From positions 270-64,269 of the IMG/VR virus record IMGVR_UViG_3300033144_001700: a stretch of DNA of 64,000 nt; one strand, 5' to 3'. The notes under the pieces are model-generated. The model saw only the letters and a program-made list of their open reading frames with translations, made no database searches and was not told the origin of the DNA. The DNA comes from a virus (Duplodnaviria; Caudoviricetes). The translations under genes and the position numbers were made by a program. Numbering within the stretch: the first letter of the stretch is position 1; every line of letters begins with the position of its first letter. Shown in pieces: positions 1 through 10,479 of this stretch.

Positions 1-926
1 GTTGATCGCTGAGATTCCCTGATCATCATCAGCGGTGATCATGTTGCGCATATTGCTCATGGTATAGGTACGCATCACCGCGTTACCGTTCGTTGCGTGG
101 TCCGCTTTGATCACGACCAGCTTAGGCGCAAACTCTACTCCGTTCTTGTCGAGCGTAGTGATCTGCCTGCCCGTAGTGGCATCACCTGTGTACGTCCCGA
201 ACGCGAAGATCAATCCTTCGGGATCGACCGCCAGGGCGACGGAAACGTCGATGTCTGGAACGTACGTGGTCAGTGTCATCACCGCGACAGGCGGCGTGAT
301 TAACTGTGCGGACTCGTACGGCGCGAAGCCTGTCAGCGTTAGCGTGGCCACAGGCGGCGTGATCGTCACTGACGGCCCTGCGGCTGGTGGGAACGTGTTG
401 AGTTGTAAGATCGCGACTGGCGGTATCACGATCACAGACGGGAAGGTTGGCGCGTATCCGGTCAGTCCGAGTGTGGCCTGTGGCACGTATATAGCATCTG
501 TCACCACTACTGGCACTTGTCCCGCCAACGTCAGCGCCGCTACCGGTATAGTGACTGTTTGACCTATCCGTGCAGGTGGTACAAATCCTGTCAGAGTTAA
601 TTCGGCGAGCGGCACCGCCATGCCTTGAGGATTGTCGATGTCAGGAGCGAAAGCGGATGCCGTCAAAACGCCCTGTGGCGGCGTTACGCTTAGGTTGGAC
701 TGTGGGGCGAATCCCGTCAGTGTCAGTGCCGCGACAGGCGGCGTTGACAAAACGCCGATTATCGCGCTCGGTGGGTGTCCGACTTGCGGGTTGACCACAA
801 CTGCGACGTGCGTAAATGAACGATTCACGTCGCTGTCATCATGCCATCCAATGACAGAGCCAGTGTCCGGCGGCTGGACTAGCTTGGTACAAACTCCACC
901 TGACGAGGTGTACGTCCACATAGAGT
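1..926 (-). CDS. Tail fibre-like protein, downstream part (no start of its own; continues 879..1577 across a frameshift; truncated by window edge)
   Basis: Open minus-strand frame from ~926 to base 1 (DSMWTYTSSGG...PPVAALTLTGFAP...FAFGTYTGDATTGRQITT...APKLVVIK) carrying the same P-V-A-x-L-T-L repeats as the N-terminus of 879..1577. Confidence 0.75.
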
Positions 927-1577
927 CCCACGAGTCCCTACCCACGAGTCCCTACCGTCTCGCGCTATCTGACCGTTGCCATCTTTCATCGTTAGGCCTG
1001 ATGAATAACCCATTTGGCAAACGGACAGCAACAACGTCCCCGTCAGGAATCCCGAATCAATAAACCCTTGTATCCCGTCAGCGACAGTGTCAGTATCGGG
1101 TGTTCCGAACGGGTCGCTTGTATCTACGTTTTTAAGGTTGAGTGCCGAAGCGCCGAACCTGCCAAAATTAGTCGGCTCCATCTCGACATAGATGTTCTTG
1201 GTTCCCGGCTCCGGATTCAAATAATACAGAACTACGACTCGACGTGCGCCTGTAGTTTCGGGATTGTAATCGATCAACTCCGTCATGGCGTTGCCGTCCC
1301 AGGTGGCGACAGCCACGTCGCGAGTATCGGACATACCGACAGCAACTACGAGACAGTTCGTCCCTTCGTCTACGGTGTGCGCCCAAGTCTCGTTTCCCGG
1401 CCACTCTGAAGCACTATTTTGCTCGGCCTTAGAATACGACGTACCGACTGTCACCTCGGCAACGTCAAGCGTCATGGCGGCGACTGGCACTGTGACAGTG
1501 CCGTTGTGCGCGTTAACGAGTGGGGCGACTCCCGCCAGCGTCAGCGTTGCCAGCGGTACCGTGACCAGAGTAGCCAT
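879..1577 (-). CDS. Tail fibre-like protein, N-terminal part (frameshifted near 927-954)
   Basis: Start overlaps the stop of the upstream tail gene; VPLATLTLAGVAP repeats and a beta-rich domain; the last ~20 aa appear out of frame. Confidence 0.7.
   Translation of the reverse strand: MATLVTVPLATLTLAGVAPLVNAHNGTVTVPVAAMTLDVAEVTVGTSYSKAEQNSASEWPGNETWAHTVDEGTNCLVVAVGMSDTRDVAVATWDGNAMTELIDYNPETTGARRVVVLYYLNPEPGTKNIYVEMEPTNFGRFGASALNLKNVDTSDPFGTPDTDTVADGIQGFIDSGFLTGTLLLSVCQMGYSSGLTMKDGNGQIARDGRDSWVGTRGTLCGRTPRQVEFVPS
927..954. repeat. 14-bp perfect tandem duplication (CCCACGAGTCCCTA x2)
   Basis: 927-940 and 941-954 are identical; removing one copy fuses 879..1577 with the frame running to base 1. 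Confidence 0.92.
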
Positions 1578-4498
1578 TAAGCGACGTACTCCGTCAGGTC
1601 GATCTCTTGCAGCGCTACAGCGTAGCTGAGTAGGCTAACACGTCCATCGCCGCGCCTGAGTCCGGTGATTATGCAAAAGATTTTCTGTCCGTATCGATCG
1701 CGGAACACCAGCGTGGAAGCGTTGTTCTTTTGTCTGAGCGCTAGAGCTTCCAACTCTTCCCACGAATTCTCTCCGTGAACCCACGAACAAGGCACCGACA
1801 CTGACCTGTTGAATCGTTTGCCGATGTGAGCGATCGGTGCCGCCTTCGACCAAATGTCGCTGAGAGTTATGTCTTGGTTTACCCTGAACCTGACTTCCCC
1901 ACGCGTTCTTAACTCAGTCGAGAATCCCGGCGTCGCCAGGTCGTGGAGAAACGTCCCTTGGAAAAGGTGCTTCGCTGTCGCCGGAGTCGGCGGTTCACTC
2001 TCAACTTCCTCGCCTGTGTTCTGCGCTTCCACTTGCGTCACAACGTACTCGTAAGTGATTCCGCTAACCGCATTGAAATCTTCGTACGTTGTCTTTGTCT
2101 TAGAGTTGATCCGCGCCAGCTTGTCGTAGGTCGCCGCGCCTAGCCTCTTACGGAAGATCTGGTACCGGAGGAAGTCGGCGACGGCTGTGGCGCTCTCGTC
2201 CCAAGACAGAAGGATGCGCGGTGTCGTGTCCACGAACTCTTGCACTGTGGCCGTGAGTCCGGTGATCGTCCCAGGCGGCGTCCACGAAGTTGAGAACGGA
2301 ACTAACGATGTCTCGGCTTGCTGGCCCAAGTCGTCTTTGATTATCAGCTTGACGAAATAGCTGGCCAAGTTGTCGAGCGTTCCGGAGACTATCGAATACT
2401 GTTCATCAGTTGAGACTACGACACCAGTGTCGAACGCAACCGTCGTGCCATCGGCTTCGTAGAAAAGCACTCGGTAGTCTTGCTGCGTTCCACTTCCGCC
2501 TGAGAATGTCCAATCGATCAACCCGGCTGGATCAACGATGACATCGCCGGGATCAGGCTCGTCTATCACGATCGTCGGCGCGAGCGTCACGGTGAACGTC
2601 TTGAACGCTGTGAACGGGCTGAAGCCGGGTGCGGTTGGTGTGGAGCGTGATCGTACGCGCCACTGGTACAACGTCGCTGGTGAGGCTGTCAGCGTCTCTG
2701 TAACGACGTGCGTGAGCGTTGCTTGAACCAACACCTTCGGATCGTAGCCGGTCACTGGCGTTCCTGACGGCGATAGCTGCAACTCGATCTCGACGGACTC
2801 CTGAACATCAGCTACGTCAACGTCGTTGTGCTGCCAGGTTAGCAGCGGAGTCGTGTCACCTGTGACACCGTTGTCAGGGTCTAGCGCTGTCGGCGTTGTC
2901 GGCGTGGCGTTGATTTGAAAATGAGTCCATCCAAACGATCCGCTTGCGTTCCCGCTCCAATCACCGTAGTTGCCAGCGTTGTCTTTGGATCGCGCCCTTA
3001 TCAAATAATGTGTTCCGAAGCTCAAGGCTGGCGCGCCATCTGGTGTGTCGTTTGGAAGCACATCTCCGTACGTCACGCCAGTCGCGATCGGCGTTGTGAT
3101 ATCGCCTGATTGATAGGTCAAGATCAAACCAACGTGCGTTCGTATCTCGTACTGGAACGCTGCCTCGACATCGGCTGACGCCTGTTCGTACTGTCCTGAA
3201 ATCTCAGGCGTCTTACTCGCCGCAGCGACGGTGCCGCTTGGAGCGATGTTGGAAGGTGGGTTTGGTTGAAGGGCTGGCGTGAGCGTCAACCAAGCTGTGT
3301 AGTTAGACCACAGCGGCTCCGCGTGATCGTCCTTCATCCGGACGCGCCACTCATAGGCTGTGTTATTAACTAAGACGGTTGCGCCGCCGTCGAAGTTGTA
3401 GTCGCGATCTATCCGTGTGGCGGTCGTCTCTGCGACTGTCGCCGCCACTTCACCAGTGTCCCAAAAGGAAACGCTGTCACTCTTTCGACGCACCTGAATC
3501 TGAAAGTTTGCCAGCAAATCCGTGTCCAACGGATCGTCTACAAACGTCGCGTTGAATGTCGGTGTTAGTGATCCGACCGTCGCGTTACTTACCGGAACCA
3601 AAGCTGACGGTTCTTGCGGCTGACGGTTCGGGTCAGGTGTGAACGCCATCCACGCGCTGAACTGTCCGTAGTCTCCTTGATCATCACGGTGGCGTATGCG
3701 CCAGCGATATTCGATTCCTTCTACTAAAGGATCGCCAGCGTACGCGATAGAGAATGACGATCCAGACTCCGCGCGTGTCGTGTCCCAAAAGACTTGTTGA
3801 TCACTTGCACGTTCCACGACCAACTGAACTTGATCGATGTCGTCGCCATCTTGATCTTGCTGCAAACCAGTGAACGTAGGCGTCAGAGTTGTAGTCGGCG
3901 CTTCGGCGTCGTTAGGACGAGCTTGGTGTGAATTGATCTGCGTCGTTGAGTACGGTGGAAGGTTGTACTCTACGTTCAGCTTGATGTAGTCAACTTCGAC
4001 TTCCGTCAAAGAGATATCTGTGTACTGCACTTGCAGTTCGACGCCGAACGCCGAATCGTTCAGCATCGCTGGCGTCAAGCTGCCGAAGTCACCACCGGGA
4101 GCGGAGGTATGGGTCACCATCGTACCCCACGCCAAGTGGAACAATCTATGAGCGGTGAACATGGTATCGACCAGGTTGGACGACACCGAACTGCCTGACA
4201 CCACATGGAGTCCTAAATCCTTTGCCGAGTCTTCGACACCGATAGTTATGCGGCGGCGACGCTGAATGGATATTTTTTTCACTATGACATCAGCCGGTAT
4301 GCCGAACCCGAAGTCCGTCAGCTTCAATCCTTTTGAATACTTGAACTGCACGCTCGCGTCGCCGAACGATTCGGCGGGATTGCCGTCCTCAGCTTTTACG
4401 AACGAGTGATTGATCCACGGAACAATGCCGCCAGTGAACAGGATTCCAGGCTCTACTGATGTTAACGCTGCGTACTTCCAGCCGGTTGTAGATGACAT
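1577..4498 (-). CDS. Minor tail protein with multiple fibronectin-III/Ig-like domains
   Basis: Directly follows the tape measure; repeated YxWRVR...WSxW/F FN3-like motifs; 973 aa. Confidence 0.8.
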   Translation of the reverse strand: MSSTTGWKYAALTSVEPGILFTGGIVPWINHSFVKAEDGNPAESFGDASVQFKYSKGLKLTDFGFGIPADVIVKKISIQRRRRITIGVEDSAKDLGLHVVSGSSVSSNLVDTMFTAHRLFHLAWGTMVTHTSAPGGDFGSLTPAMLNDSAFGVELQVQYTDISLTEVEVDYIKLNVEYNLPPYSTTQINSHQARPNDAEAPTTTLTPTFTGLQQDQDGDDIDQVQLVVERASDQQVFWDTTRAESGSSFSIAYAGDPLVEGIEYRWRIRHRDDQGDYGQFSAWMAFTPDPNRQPQEPSALVPVSNATVGSLTPTFNATFVDDPLDTDLLANFQIQVRRKSDSVSFWDTGEVAATVAETTATRIDRDYNFDGGATVLVNNTAYEWRVRMKDDHAEPLWSNYTAWLTLTPALQPNPPSNIAPSGTVAAASKTPEISGQYEQASADVEAAFQYEIRTHVGLILTYQSGDITTPIATGVTYGDVLPNDTPDGAPALSFGTHYLIRARSKDNAGNYGDWSGNASGSFGWTHFQINATPTTPTALDPDNGVTGDTTPLLTWQHNDVDVADVQESVEIELQLSPSGTPVTGYDPKVLVQATLTHVVTETLTASPATLYQWRVRSRSTPTAPGFSPFTAFKTFTVTLAPTIVIDEPDPGDVIVDPAGLIDWTFSGGSGTQQDYRVLFYEADGTTVAFDTGVVVSTDEQYSIVSGTLDNLASYFVKLIIKDDLGQQAETSLVPFSTSWTPPGTITGLTATVQEFVDTTPRILLSWDESATAVADFLRYQIFRKRLGAATYDKLARINSKTKTTYEDFNAVSGITYEYVVTQVEAQNTGEEVESEPPTPATAKHLFQGTFLHDLATPGFSTELRTRGEVRFRVNQDITLSDIWSKAAPIAHIGKRFNRSVSVPCSWVHGENSWEELEALALRQKNNASTLVFRDRYGQKIFCIITGLRRGDGRVSLLSYAVALQEIDLTEYVA

Positions 4499-7400
4499 CT
4501 AACCTCTAACCTCAACATCCCACCTGTCAGCATCCATCCCTAGTTGTTCCTCCAACGCCATCTCCACAGCCTCTTGCATGATCTTCTTGTTCTGATCCAA
4601 AGAGCCGGTGAACTGAGCGTTGCTGAAGTCGAACACCATAGTCTTGCCGCCAGCCTGCGACAGCGGTGTGACCTCAACCAACTCGTCTTCCATCCCTTCG
4701 CCAGCCATGAACGCTGTCGCTCCTGACGTGACGAATGATCCACCGCTAGCAAACTGAAGTGACGGATCGGACAGTTGCCGTATCACGTTCAGCAACGCTG
4801 CGCCGCCAGGTCGCTGCGAAAACACGTCCATCAACGGGCCTGTGCCAACGACTCCGGCCCTGAAGTTCAGCGCGTCCACAACCTGATCCCAATTCCAGCC
4901 CTGATAGTTGACGTTGCCTAGCGCCAGACCCAACGTCACCCGGTGCGTGTTACCGATGTCATATGGGTTGTCGCCCAGGAGCGACATCGAGCCAGCGACG
5001 AACGCTCCCGCGCCGCCGCCTACGTTGAACGGATCGAACTCGGCGTCCTCTTCATCATCCGCAGGTTCTGGTTCTTTCGCCGCCTCTATCAAAGCGTCGA
5101 TCTGATCCAGCAAGCTCGTCAGTGTAGCGATCGCAGCGGCACCGCCGCCGTCCAATGCCGCGTTCAACGCTGCCATCAAGCTAGCGCCTAACGCATCTGC
5201 CTCGCGCGGAAGTTCCTTTTCCAACTCTCGCATCAACGCGATCACGTCATCGCCCAACGCGTCAACGGCAGACTGTGTTTTTTCTGACATCGCTTCTTCG
5301 AGCGCGAGGATAATGCTCGAACCTAGCTCTCCGACTTGCTCTTGAAGATTCATCTCGCGGATCAGTTCGCTCATCGTTTTGCCAAACGCCTCGAAGACAT
5401 CGACCGTTTCGTCAAGCGCATCTTTGACCTTGCTGGTCGCCTTTTCAACCGGCTCCACAATCACCTCTTCGATGATATCCGGCAAGTTGGCCTTGACCAA
5501 CGCGGCGTTGATCTCACCAAGCACAGTGTTGACCGCATCCACCGCTTCCGCACCGCCATCCTCTAAGGCCAGCGCCAATGCTTCCATCAATCGCTCGCCT
5601 AGTTTCTCGGCCAGCTTCGGCGACAGTTGATCTTGCATCGCCAACATGATCGAGTTGGTGCCGATCGTGACCACATCCAAACTCGTCTGCGTTCCTTCCG
5701 CCAACGCGTTAGTCAAAGCCGCCATCAAGTTGAAGCCGCTCGCACCGATCGAAGCCTTCAACTGATTGTCATGGAAAATAGCTTCCATATCTACGGTGAA
5801 CTGATCGAGCAAATGAACTGCGTCTGAAGTAGCGATCTCTATCGTATCGTTGATCGCCTGCATTATGTCGTGAACCGCCTGAATCGCAGCGTTGCCACCG
5901 GTCACTAGCGCGGTAGTCAACGCCGCCATCAGCGCTGCGCCAAGTGATGCCGAGATATCTGGACTCAGCGTATCGTTCATCACACCTATAAGGGCAGTCG
6001 CAGATTTCGACAAAGCGGCAACTGAATTCGCGCCACCATCAACGATAGCGTTCTCCAACTGCTGCATAATCCGCACACCGGCTTCACCGATCTGCTCAGT
6101 GCTCTCAACCCACTCTTGATTCTTGACCATCATCGCGTTAAAAACTTCAGACTGCACCTGTTGAACAGTCATGGCACCTTCGATGTACCGATGAATTGCC
6201 GCCGCCGCGCTATCCATCCCGCGTGCCGTAAACTCCATCGCCTGTTCGAGCGTGAACGCAGTCCGCTCCATCTCTTCACTAACCTCGTTAGCCTCATCGA
6301 TCTTGTCGCTGATCTCGCCGACCATCACAGCCAACGCACCCAATCCAGATTGACCGTCCGACCCTGTAACCACCGCCAGGGCGACCATCAATTCGTTGAC
6401 CATCCTGAACGCGTCTTCGCCCTCGAACGTCTCGTTGATCGCCTCTACCATCGCACCGGCTTGTGTGGCCAACGCTTCGATTGTTGACGTGCTCTGTTCG
6501 GTCATCGCTTCTTCGAGCGCGATCATAAGCGCACCGCCGACCGCGCCGAACTCTTCTATCAGTCCAATGTCGTGCATCTTCTTCAACATCAGCGCGCCAA
6601 AATCGCCGAAGGTCAACTCAATGGCCTCTTCAGCACCGTCACCGACCGCAGTGCCGTAATCGCTGCCCAAATCCTCGAACGAATCGACCACCGAGTGCTC
6701 GCTGCGTACGAGAGCGACAGTATCATTCATCGCATCCACGATCCGCTGAAAGTGGGTTCTTGCCGAAAATCCTGAAGCAACCGAACCGCTTGCACTTTCT
6801 TCAAGTTTTGTGAACATGGCGCCAGAGTTTGATGCAACTCTGTTCTGCAAAGCCTCTAGGTCTCGGATCGCGCCGCTGAGATCGCCGACATTGATGCCGA
6901 CCTTGCCAAGCAAGCCGCTGAACGCGCCAACTATCACATTCAAACCCTTCAGAGCTTGGATCAATGGAGTCAGCAACAACGATGCAAACTCAGCGCCAAT
7001 CGCAATCGGCACCGCAAGGAACGTAGTCTTCAGCCAATCGAGCAACCCTTGCAGTGCGTCAGTTGCGATCTGCTTAGCGTCGTCCCAGGCTGCGCTCCAA
7101 TCACCTTTGATCAAGTTCTTAACCAACGACACCATCCCGGTTACGACTTTGATAAAGTTCCTGAACATCCCGATCGTGCCTTTGATTCTAAGTTCAACAG
7201 ACTTAAACATGATCGTCAGCATCTTACCTACCACCGGCACTTGCTCAGCTTTCGCCAAGAAGTTGTTGATCGTCAACGTCAGGAAATCCCAATTCCTTTT
7301 TATGATGCCGATGACCAAGATCAACTCAACGATCGCGAGGATCGAAAGTGTGATCGGGCCTAACGACGATGCGATGGCGATACCCAACGCGACGACCGCT

Positions 7401-8707
7401 ATGATCACGATCGGCATCAGCAATCCCAACTCATCAAGCCACTTGATAAAGTCAATGATCACTTCGATGCCAGCGCCGAAGTTCTTCGCTAGCTCAACAA
7501 TCACCGGCACCAAGTCCTCTTCGATGATCTTGCTGACCGTATCGATCGCGCCAGGTAGCTCAGCGCGGATCACCGGTATCACATCCTCGCGCAGTATCAT
7601 GACCAGCTTTTGCAACTCCGGCGTAAGCGCCATCCCGATCTCGATAAACAAGTCTTGGATCGCACTCTGCAACAACTGAACCTGAGCGTTGAACGTTTTC
7701 AGTTGCTTCTCGGCCACAGTTTGCGTGGTGTTACCGGCCTCACGCAAGCCAGACTCGTAATCGCGGATGGCCTGCGACGTGCCAAGCAAAGGAAGGAGAA
7801 CACCCTGAACTCGTGCGGAGAATCCCAAGGCTTGAAGAGCCGCTACACGCTGTTGATCCGACATATCACCCAAAGCAACTTCCAAGTCTTCGATGATGTC
7901 AGCCATGTTGCGGATATTGCCGCTGCTGTCAAAGACAGCAACCCCTAATTCGGTGTACGCCTCTTTGTTGTTCTCTGCCCCTGCGGTCATCAGCCGCAGG
8001 ATGCGCGCCAAGCCTGTACCCGCGATCTCTCCTTTGACACCCTGATCAGCAAACGCGGCAAGGACGGCGACGCCTTCCTCGATATCGATGTTGAAGCTCT
8101 TCATCGCGGCACCCGCCTCGCGGGTCAGGGATGTGGAGAACTGTTCGACGGTAGCGTTGGCCAAGGTGTTCGCCTTAACCAGCACATCGGACACCCTCAC
8201 CATGTTCTCGATGTCCTGAGCCGTGTCACCGGTTACGAGACCGAGTGCGGACTGTGCGTCCGTCAGCAAGTCGGTGGCCAGCGCCATATCGAACATTCCG
8301 GCCTGTGCGAACGCTGCCACCTTCGGCAACGCGGCGACACTGGTCGCGGCGTCCAGGCCTGCTGATGCCAAGAAGAAATACGATTCGGCGGCTTGCGTTG
8401 CTGAGAACGTTGTGCTCAGCGCCACATCACGCGCAGTGTCCGACATGATCTTGCGCATCTCATCGGAAACGTCATCCATGATCGCCAACGATTGCGTCAT
8501 CGCCCCATCAAAATCTGCGAACGCTTTGATTGATGCCACACCGATCGCGCCCAGGGCGATGCCAGCGCCGATCCCGGCCATCTTGAAGATCTTACCGATC
8601 CTCGCTCCTGACTTCTTCGCCATCCCTTCGGCTCTCATCAGGCCAGCTTGATAGCCTTTGATGTCCGTCAGGACTTTGAACTTCATCGTGCCTAGCGAGC
8701 TAGACAT
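4499..8707 (-). CDS. Tape measure protein (TP901-family core)
   Basis: 1402 aa, Ala-rich helical; TTFSATQAAESYFFLASAG, QGVKGEIAGTGL and GDWSAAWDDAKQ motifs; follows the tail chaperones. Confidence 0.93.
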   Translation of the reverse strand: MSSSLGTMKFKVLTDIKGYQAGLMRAEGMAKKSGARIGKIFKMAGIGAGIALGAIGVASIKAFADFDGAMTQSLAIMDDVSDEMRKIMSDTARDVALSTTFSATQAAESYFFLASAGLDAATSVAALPKVAAFAQAGMFDMALATDLLTDAQSALGLVTGDTAQDIENMVRVSDVLVKANTLANATVEQFSTSLTREAGAAMKSFNIDIEEGVAVLAAFADQGVKGEIAGTGLARILRLMTAGAENNKEAYTELGVAVFDSSGNIRNMADIIEDLEVALGDMSDQQRVAALQALGFSARVQGVLLPLLGTSQAIRDYESGLREAGNTTQTVAEKQLKTFNAQVQLLQSAIQDLFIEIGMALTPELQKLVMILREDVIPVIRAELPGAIDTVSKIIEEDLVPVIVELAKNFGAGIEVIIDFIKWLDELGLLMPIVIIAVVALGIAIASSLGPITLSILAIVELILVIGIIKRNWDFLTLTINNFLAKAEQVPVVGKMLTIMFKSVELRIKGTIGMFRNFIKVVTGMVSLVKNLIKGDWSAAWDDAKQIATDALQGLLDWLKTTFLAVPIAIGAEFASLLLTPLIQALKGLNVIVGAFSGLLGKVGINVGDLSGAIRDLEALQNRVASNSGAMFTKLEESASGSVASGFSARTHFQRIVDAMNDTVALVRSEHSVVDSFEDLGSDYGTAVGDGAEEAIELTFGDFGALMLKKMHDIGLIEEFGAVGGALMIALEEAMTEQSTSTIEALATQAGAMVEAINETFEGEDAFRMVNELMVALAVVTGSDGQSGLGALAVMVGEISDKIDEANEVSEEMERTAFTLEQAMEFTARGMDSAAAAIHRYIEGAMTVQQVQSEVFNAMMVKNQEWVESTEQIGEAGVRIMQQLENAIVDGGANSVAALSKSATALIGVMNDTLSPDISASLGAALMAALTTALVTGGNAAIQAVHDIMQAINDTIEIATSDAVHLLDQFTVDMEAIFHDNQLKASIGASGFNLMAALTNALAEGTQTSLDVVTIGTNSIMLAMQDQLSPKLAEKLGERLMEALALALEDGGAEAVDAVNTVLGEINAALVKANLPDIIEEVIVEPVEKATSKVKDALDETVDVFEAFGKTMSELIREMNLQEQVGELGSSIILALEEAMSEKTQSAVDALGDDVIALMRELEKELPREADALGASLMAALNAALDGGGAAAIATLTSLLDQIDALIEAAKEPEPADDEEDAEFDPFNVGGGAGAFVAGSMSLLGDNPYDIGNTHRVTLGLALGNVNYQGWNWDQVVDALNFRAGVVGTGPLMDVFSQRPGGAALLNVIRQLSDPSLQFASGGSFVTSGATAFMAGEGMEDELVEVTPLSQAGGKTMVFDFSNAQFTGSLDQNKKIMQEAVEMALEEQLGMDADRWDVEVRG

Positions 8708-9149
8708 TCTTGTCTCCGAAATCCTCAGGCAGCTTCGCCTCTACAGGCGATGGTGGATCGTCTCGCGGAATAACCGTTACTCCAAAACCAAACGCCGCCA
8801 TCTGGCTCTTGAACTCACCCGCAGTGAGCTTCGGCTTTTCCTTCTTCTTCTGTGTCGGCAACGGGATCGCCTTCCACAGCCGGTTCGCTGATGCCGCCAT
8901 CCTCCGCACTGTTGATCTGAAGCCTTCCTTCTTCATGTGCGGAGCCAACGCGACCTCGACCATAGTGTGCTGGTATTGCGCTATCAGCGAAGGTAGCGCA
9001 TCCAAGTACATCCTGATCACGTTATTTGGCGTCCTTGCTAGTTCGGCTGGCCCGATGCCGTACCAGAAGGAGATCGTCGGAAACGCAGCACGGTACTCGG
9101 CGGCACGCCGGTACTCGGCCTTAGTCCTGACGATCATCCTTCTGGCCAC
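8700..9149 (-). CDS. Tail assembly chaperone, second (gpT-like) segment
   Basis: Position just before the tape measure; FWYGIGPAELARTP resembles gpT-like segments. Confidence 0.6.
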   Translation of the reverse strand: MARRMIVRTKAEYRRAAEYRAAFPTISFWYGIGPAELARTPNNVIRMYLDALPSLIAQYQHTMVEVALAPHMKKEGFRSTVRRMAASANRLWKAIPLPTQKKKEKPKLTAGEFKSQMAAFGFGVTVIPRDDPPSPVEAKLPEDFGDKNV

Positions 9150-9161
9150 GGCTCGATGCCT

Positions 9162-9623
9162 TTAGATTAGGCCAAGCTCGGCGTCGCTCAGCGTATCGGC
9201 GTCGTCCTGCATCGCGTCCGGCTGCATCTCACTGATGATCTTGATCCGTGCGCTCTTCGGCAGCAGGTCGGTGATGTCCCTCGGAACATCACTCATGTGG
9301 CAAACAATGTCCGCCGTCACGTCCGCAAGTCGGCCCTGAATCTTGTTGGCTTCCATGTGCGTCCGCGACTTCGGGAACTTGTCGTTAAGCTGCACGTACA
9401 CGCGGAACATCCGCCGCAGTGCTGCCTCTTCGTCAGGCGTCAGGTGGTCGATCGTCTTCAGGTGGTACAGCGTGTCATCAACGCCGAACGGGATAAGCGG
9501 TTGTACCGCCGTGGATACCGAGAAGATCGGATCGTGCTCCTTGTCCACCTGTGGCTCGACCGTTGCGCCAGGTGACGCCTCGTCACCGTACGTCTTGCTA
9601 GTCTCCGTTGCCTTGTCCGTCAT
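9162..9623 (-). CDS. Tail assembly chaperone (gpG-like)
   Basis: Synteny between major tail and tape measure genes; AAAGGAG RBS. Confidence 0.6.
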   Translation of the reverse strand: MTDKATETSKTYGDEASPGATVEPQVDKEHDPIFSVSTAVQPLIPFGVDDTLYHLKTIDHLTPDEEAALRRMFRVYVQLNDKFPKSRTHMEANKIQGRLADVTADIVCHMSDVPRDITDLLPKSARIKIISEMQPDAMQDDADTLSDAELGLI

Positions 9624-9864
9624 CTGCCTCTGCTCCTTTCAAGCTATGGCCTTCGACTTGACTTTGCCGTGTCACCGGAGCTTCCGGTTCTTCGACATAT
9701 CTGATGCCCATCTCTTCGCACTTCTCGATCAGGACACGACGTTCATCCAATAAGTCTGCACTGATGTGGCGATGCGTCCGGCTTAATTGCTTATGACGCT
9801 TCGCCGCATCCCGCAGTGCTGCCCCTGCCCGTCCGACTACGGCCTGAACTGCGTTATCTTCCAC
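9598..9864 (-). CDS. Hypothetical protein (88 aa)
   Basis: GTG start just after the major tail stop; fills the gap to the chaperone gene. Confidence 0.5.
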   Translation of the reverse strand: MEDNAVQAVVGRAGAALRDAAKRHKQLSRTHRHISADLLDERRVLIEKCEEMGIRYVEEPEAPVTRQSQVEGHSLKGAEADDGQGNGD

Positions 9865-9868
9865 TATG

Positions 9869-10429
9869 CTACGCCGAGTCTTGCGCCAGGTAATCTCCGA
9901 AGCGGCCTTCCGGCGTGGAGACCGAAGAGTCTTCCATGCACTGCCAGTCCACATCGAGAATCGACTTGTCTTCTCGCGTGTACTCCGGCGACGGGTTGCC
10001 GACCTGTACGCACCTGTAAAGCTGAAGCTGCGCGAAGCCGTTGTAGTGCGGCGACGGGCCTCGAACCAGGATCGCCTTCTGCTGCACTTCGTCACCGGAG
10101 CCAAGCGGGAACGCCCGCGTGTTGCCGGTGAGATCGACAGTCTGCGAGTTGAGGATCATGGCGTACCGCTCGACTGTGATCTCGGCGAGCGAGAACGTGA
10201 CGTGCAGAGCCTCGTCAACTCGGATGGCCTTCAAAGGGCCAGTGACCTGATTGACTCGAATCAAGTTGATGTTCTGCTCGTAAGCCGTGACCACGCCGCC
10301 CTCAGTCCGCCCGAAACTCAGCCAGTTTCCGCCAGGTGGATCGGTCGTGATCGATGGAAACGCTTCGCCGACCGGCCCGTAGAAAACCTCGGCTGGCCCT
10401 GCGACGATCTCGAATGGTGCTACTGCCAT
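9869..10429 (-). CDS. Major tail (tube) protein
   Basis: GPAEVFYGP...WLSFGRTEGGV...VTFSLAEIT pattern typical of siphovirus tail tube proteins; AAAGGAG RBS; synteny. Confidence 0.8.
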   Translation of the reverse strand: MAVAPFEIVAGPAEVFYGPVGEAFPSITTDPPGGNWLSFGRTEGGVVTAYEQNINLIRVNQVTGPLKAIRVDEALHVTFSLAEITVERYAMILNSQTVDLTGNTRAFPLGSGDEVQQKAILVRGPSPHYNGFAQLQLYRCVQVGNPSPEYTREDKSILDVDWQCMEDSSVSTPEGRFGDYLAQDSA

Positions 10430-10479
10430 CGTCTATCTCCTTTGGTCTGGCCCTGTGGAGCCTGACCGACTATGCGTAC

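Noticed and set aside
1-1577. Diversity-generating retroelement target in the tail fibre
   Set aside because: No reverse transcriptase and no template/variable repeat pair differing at adenines found in this window
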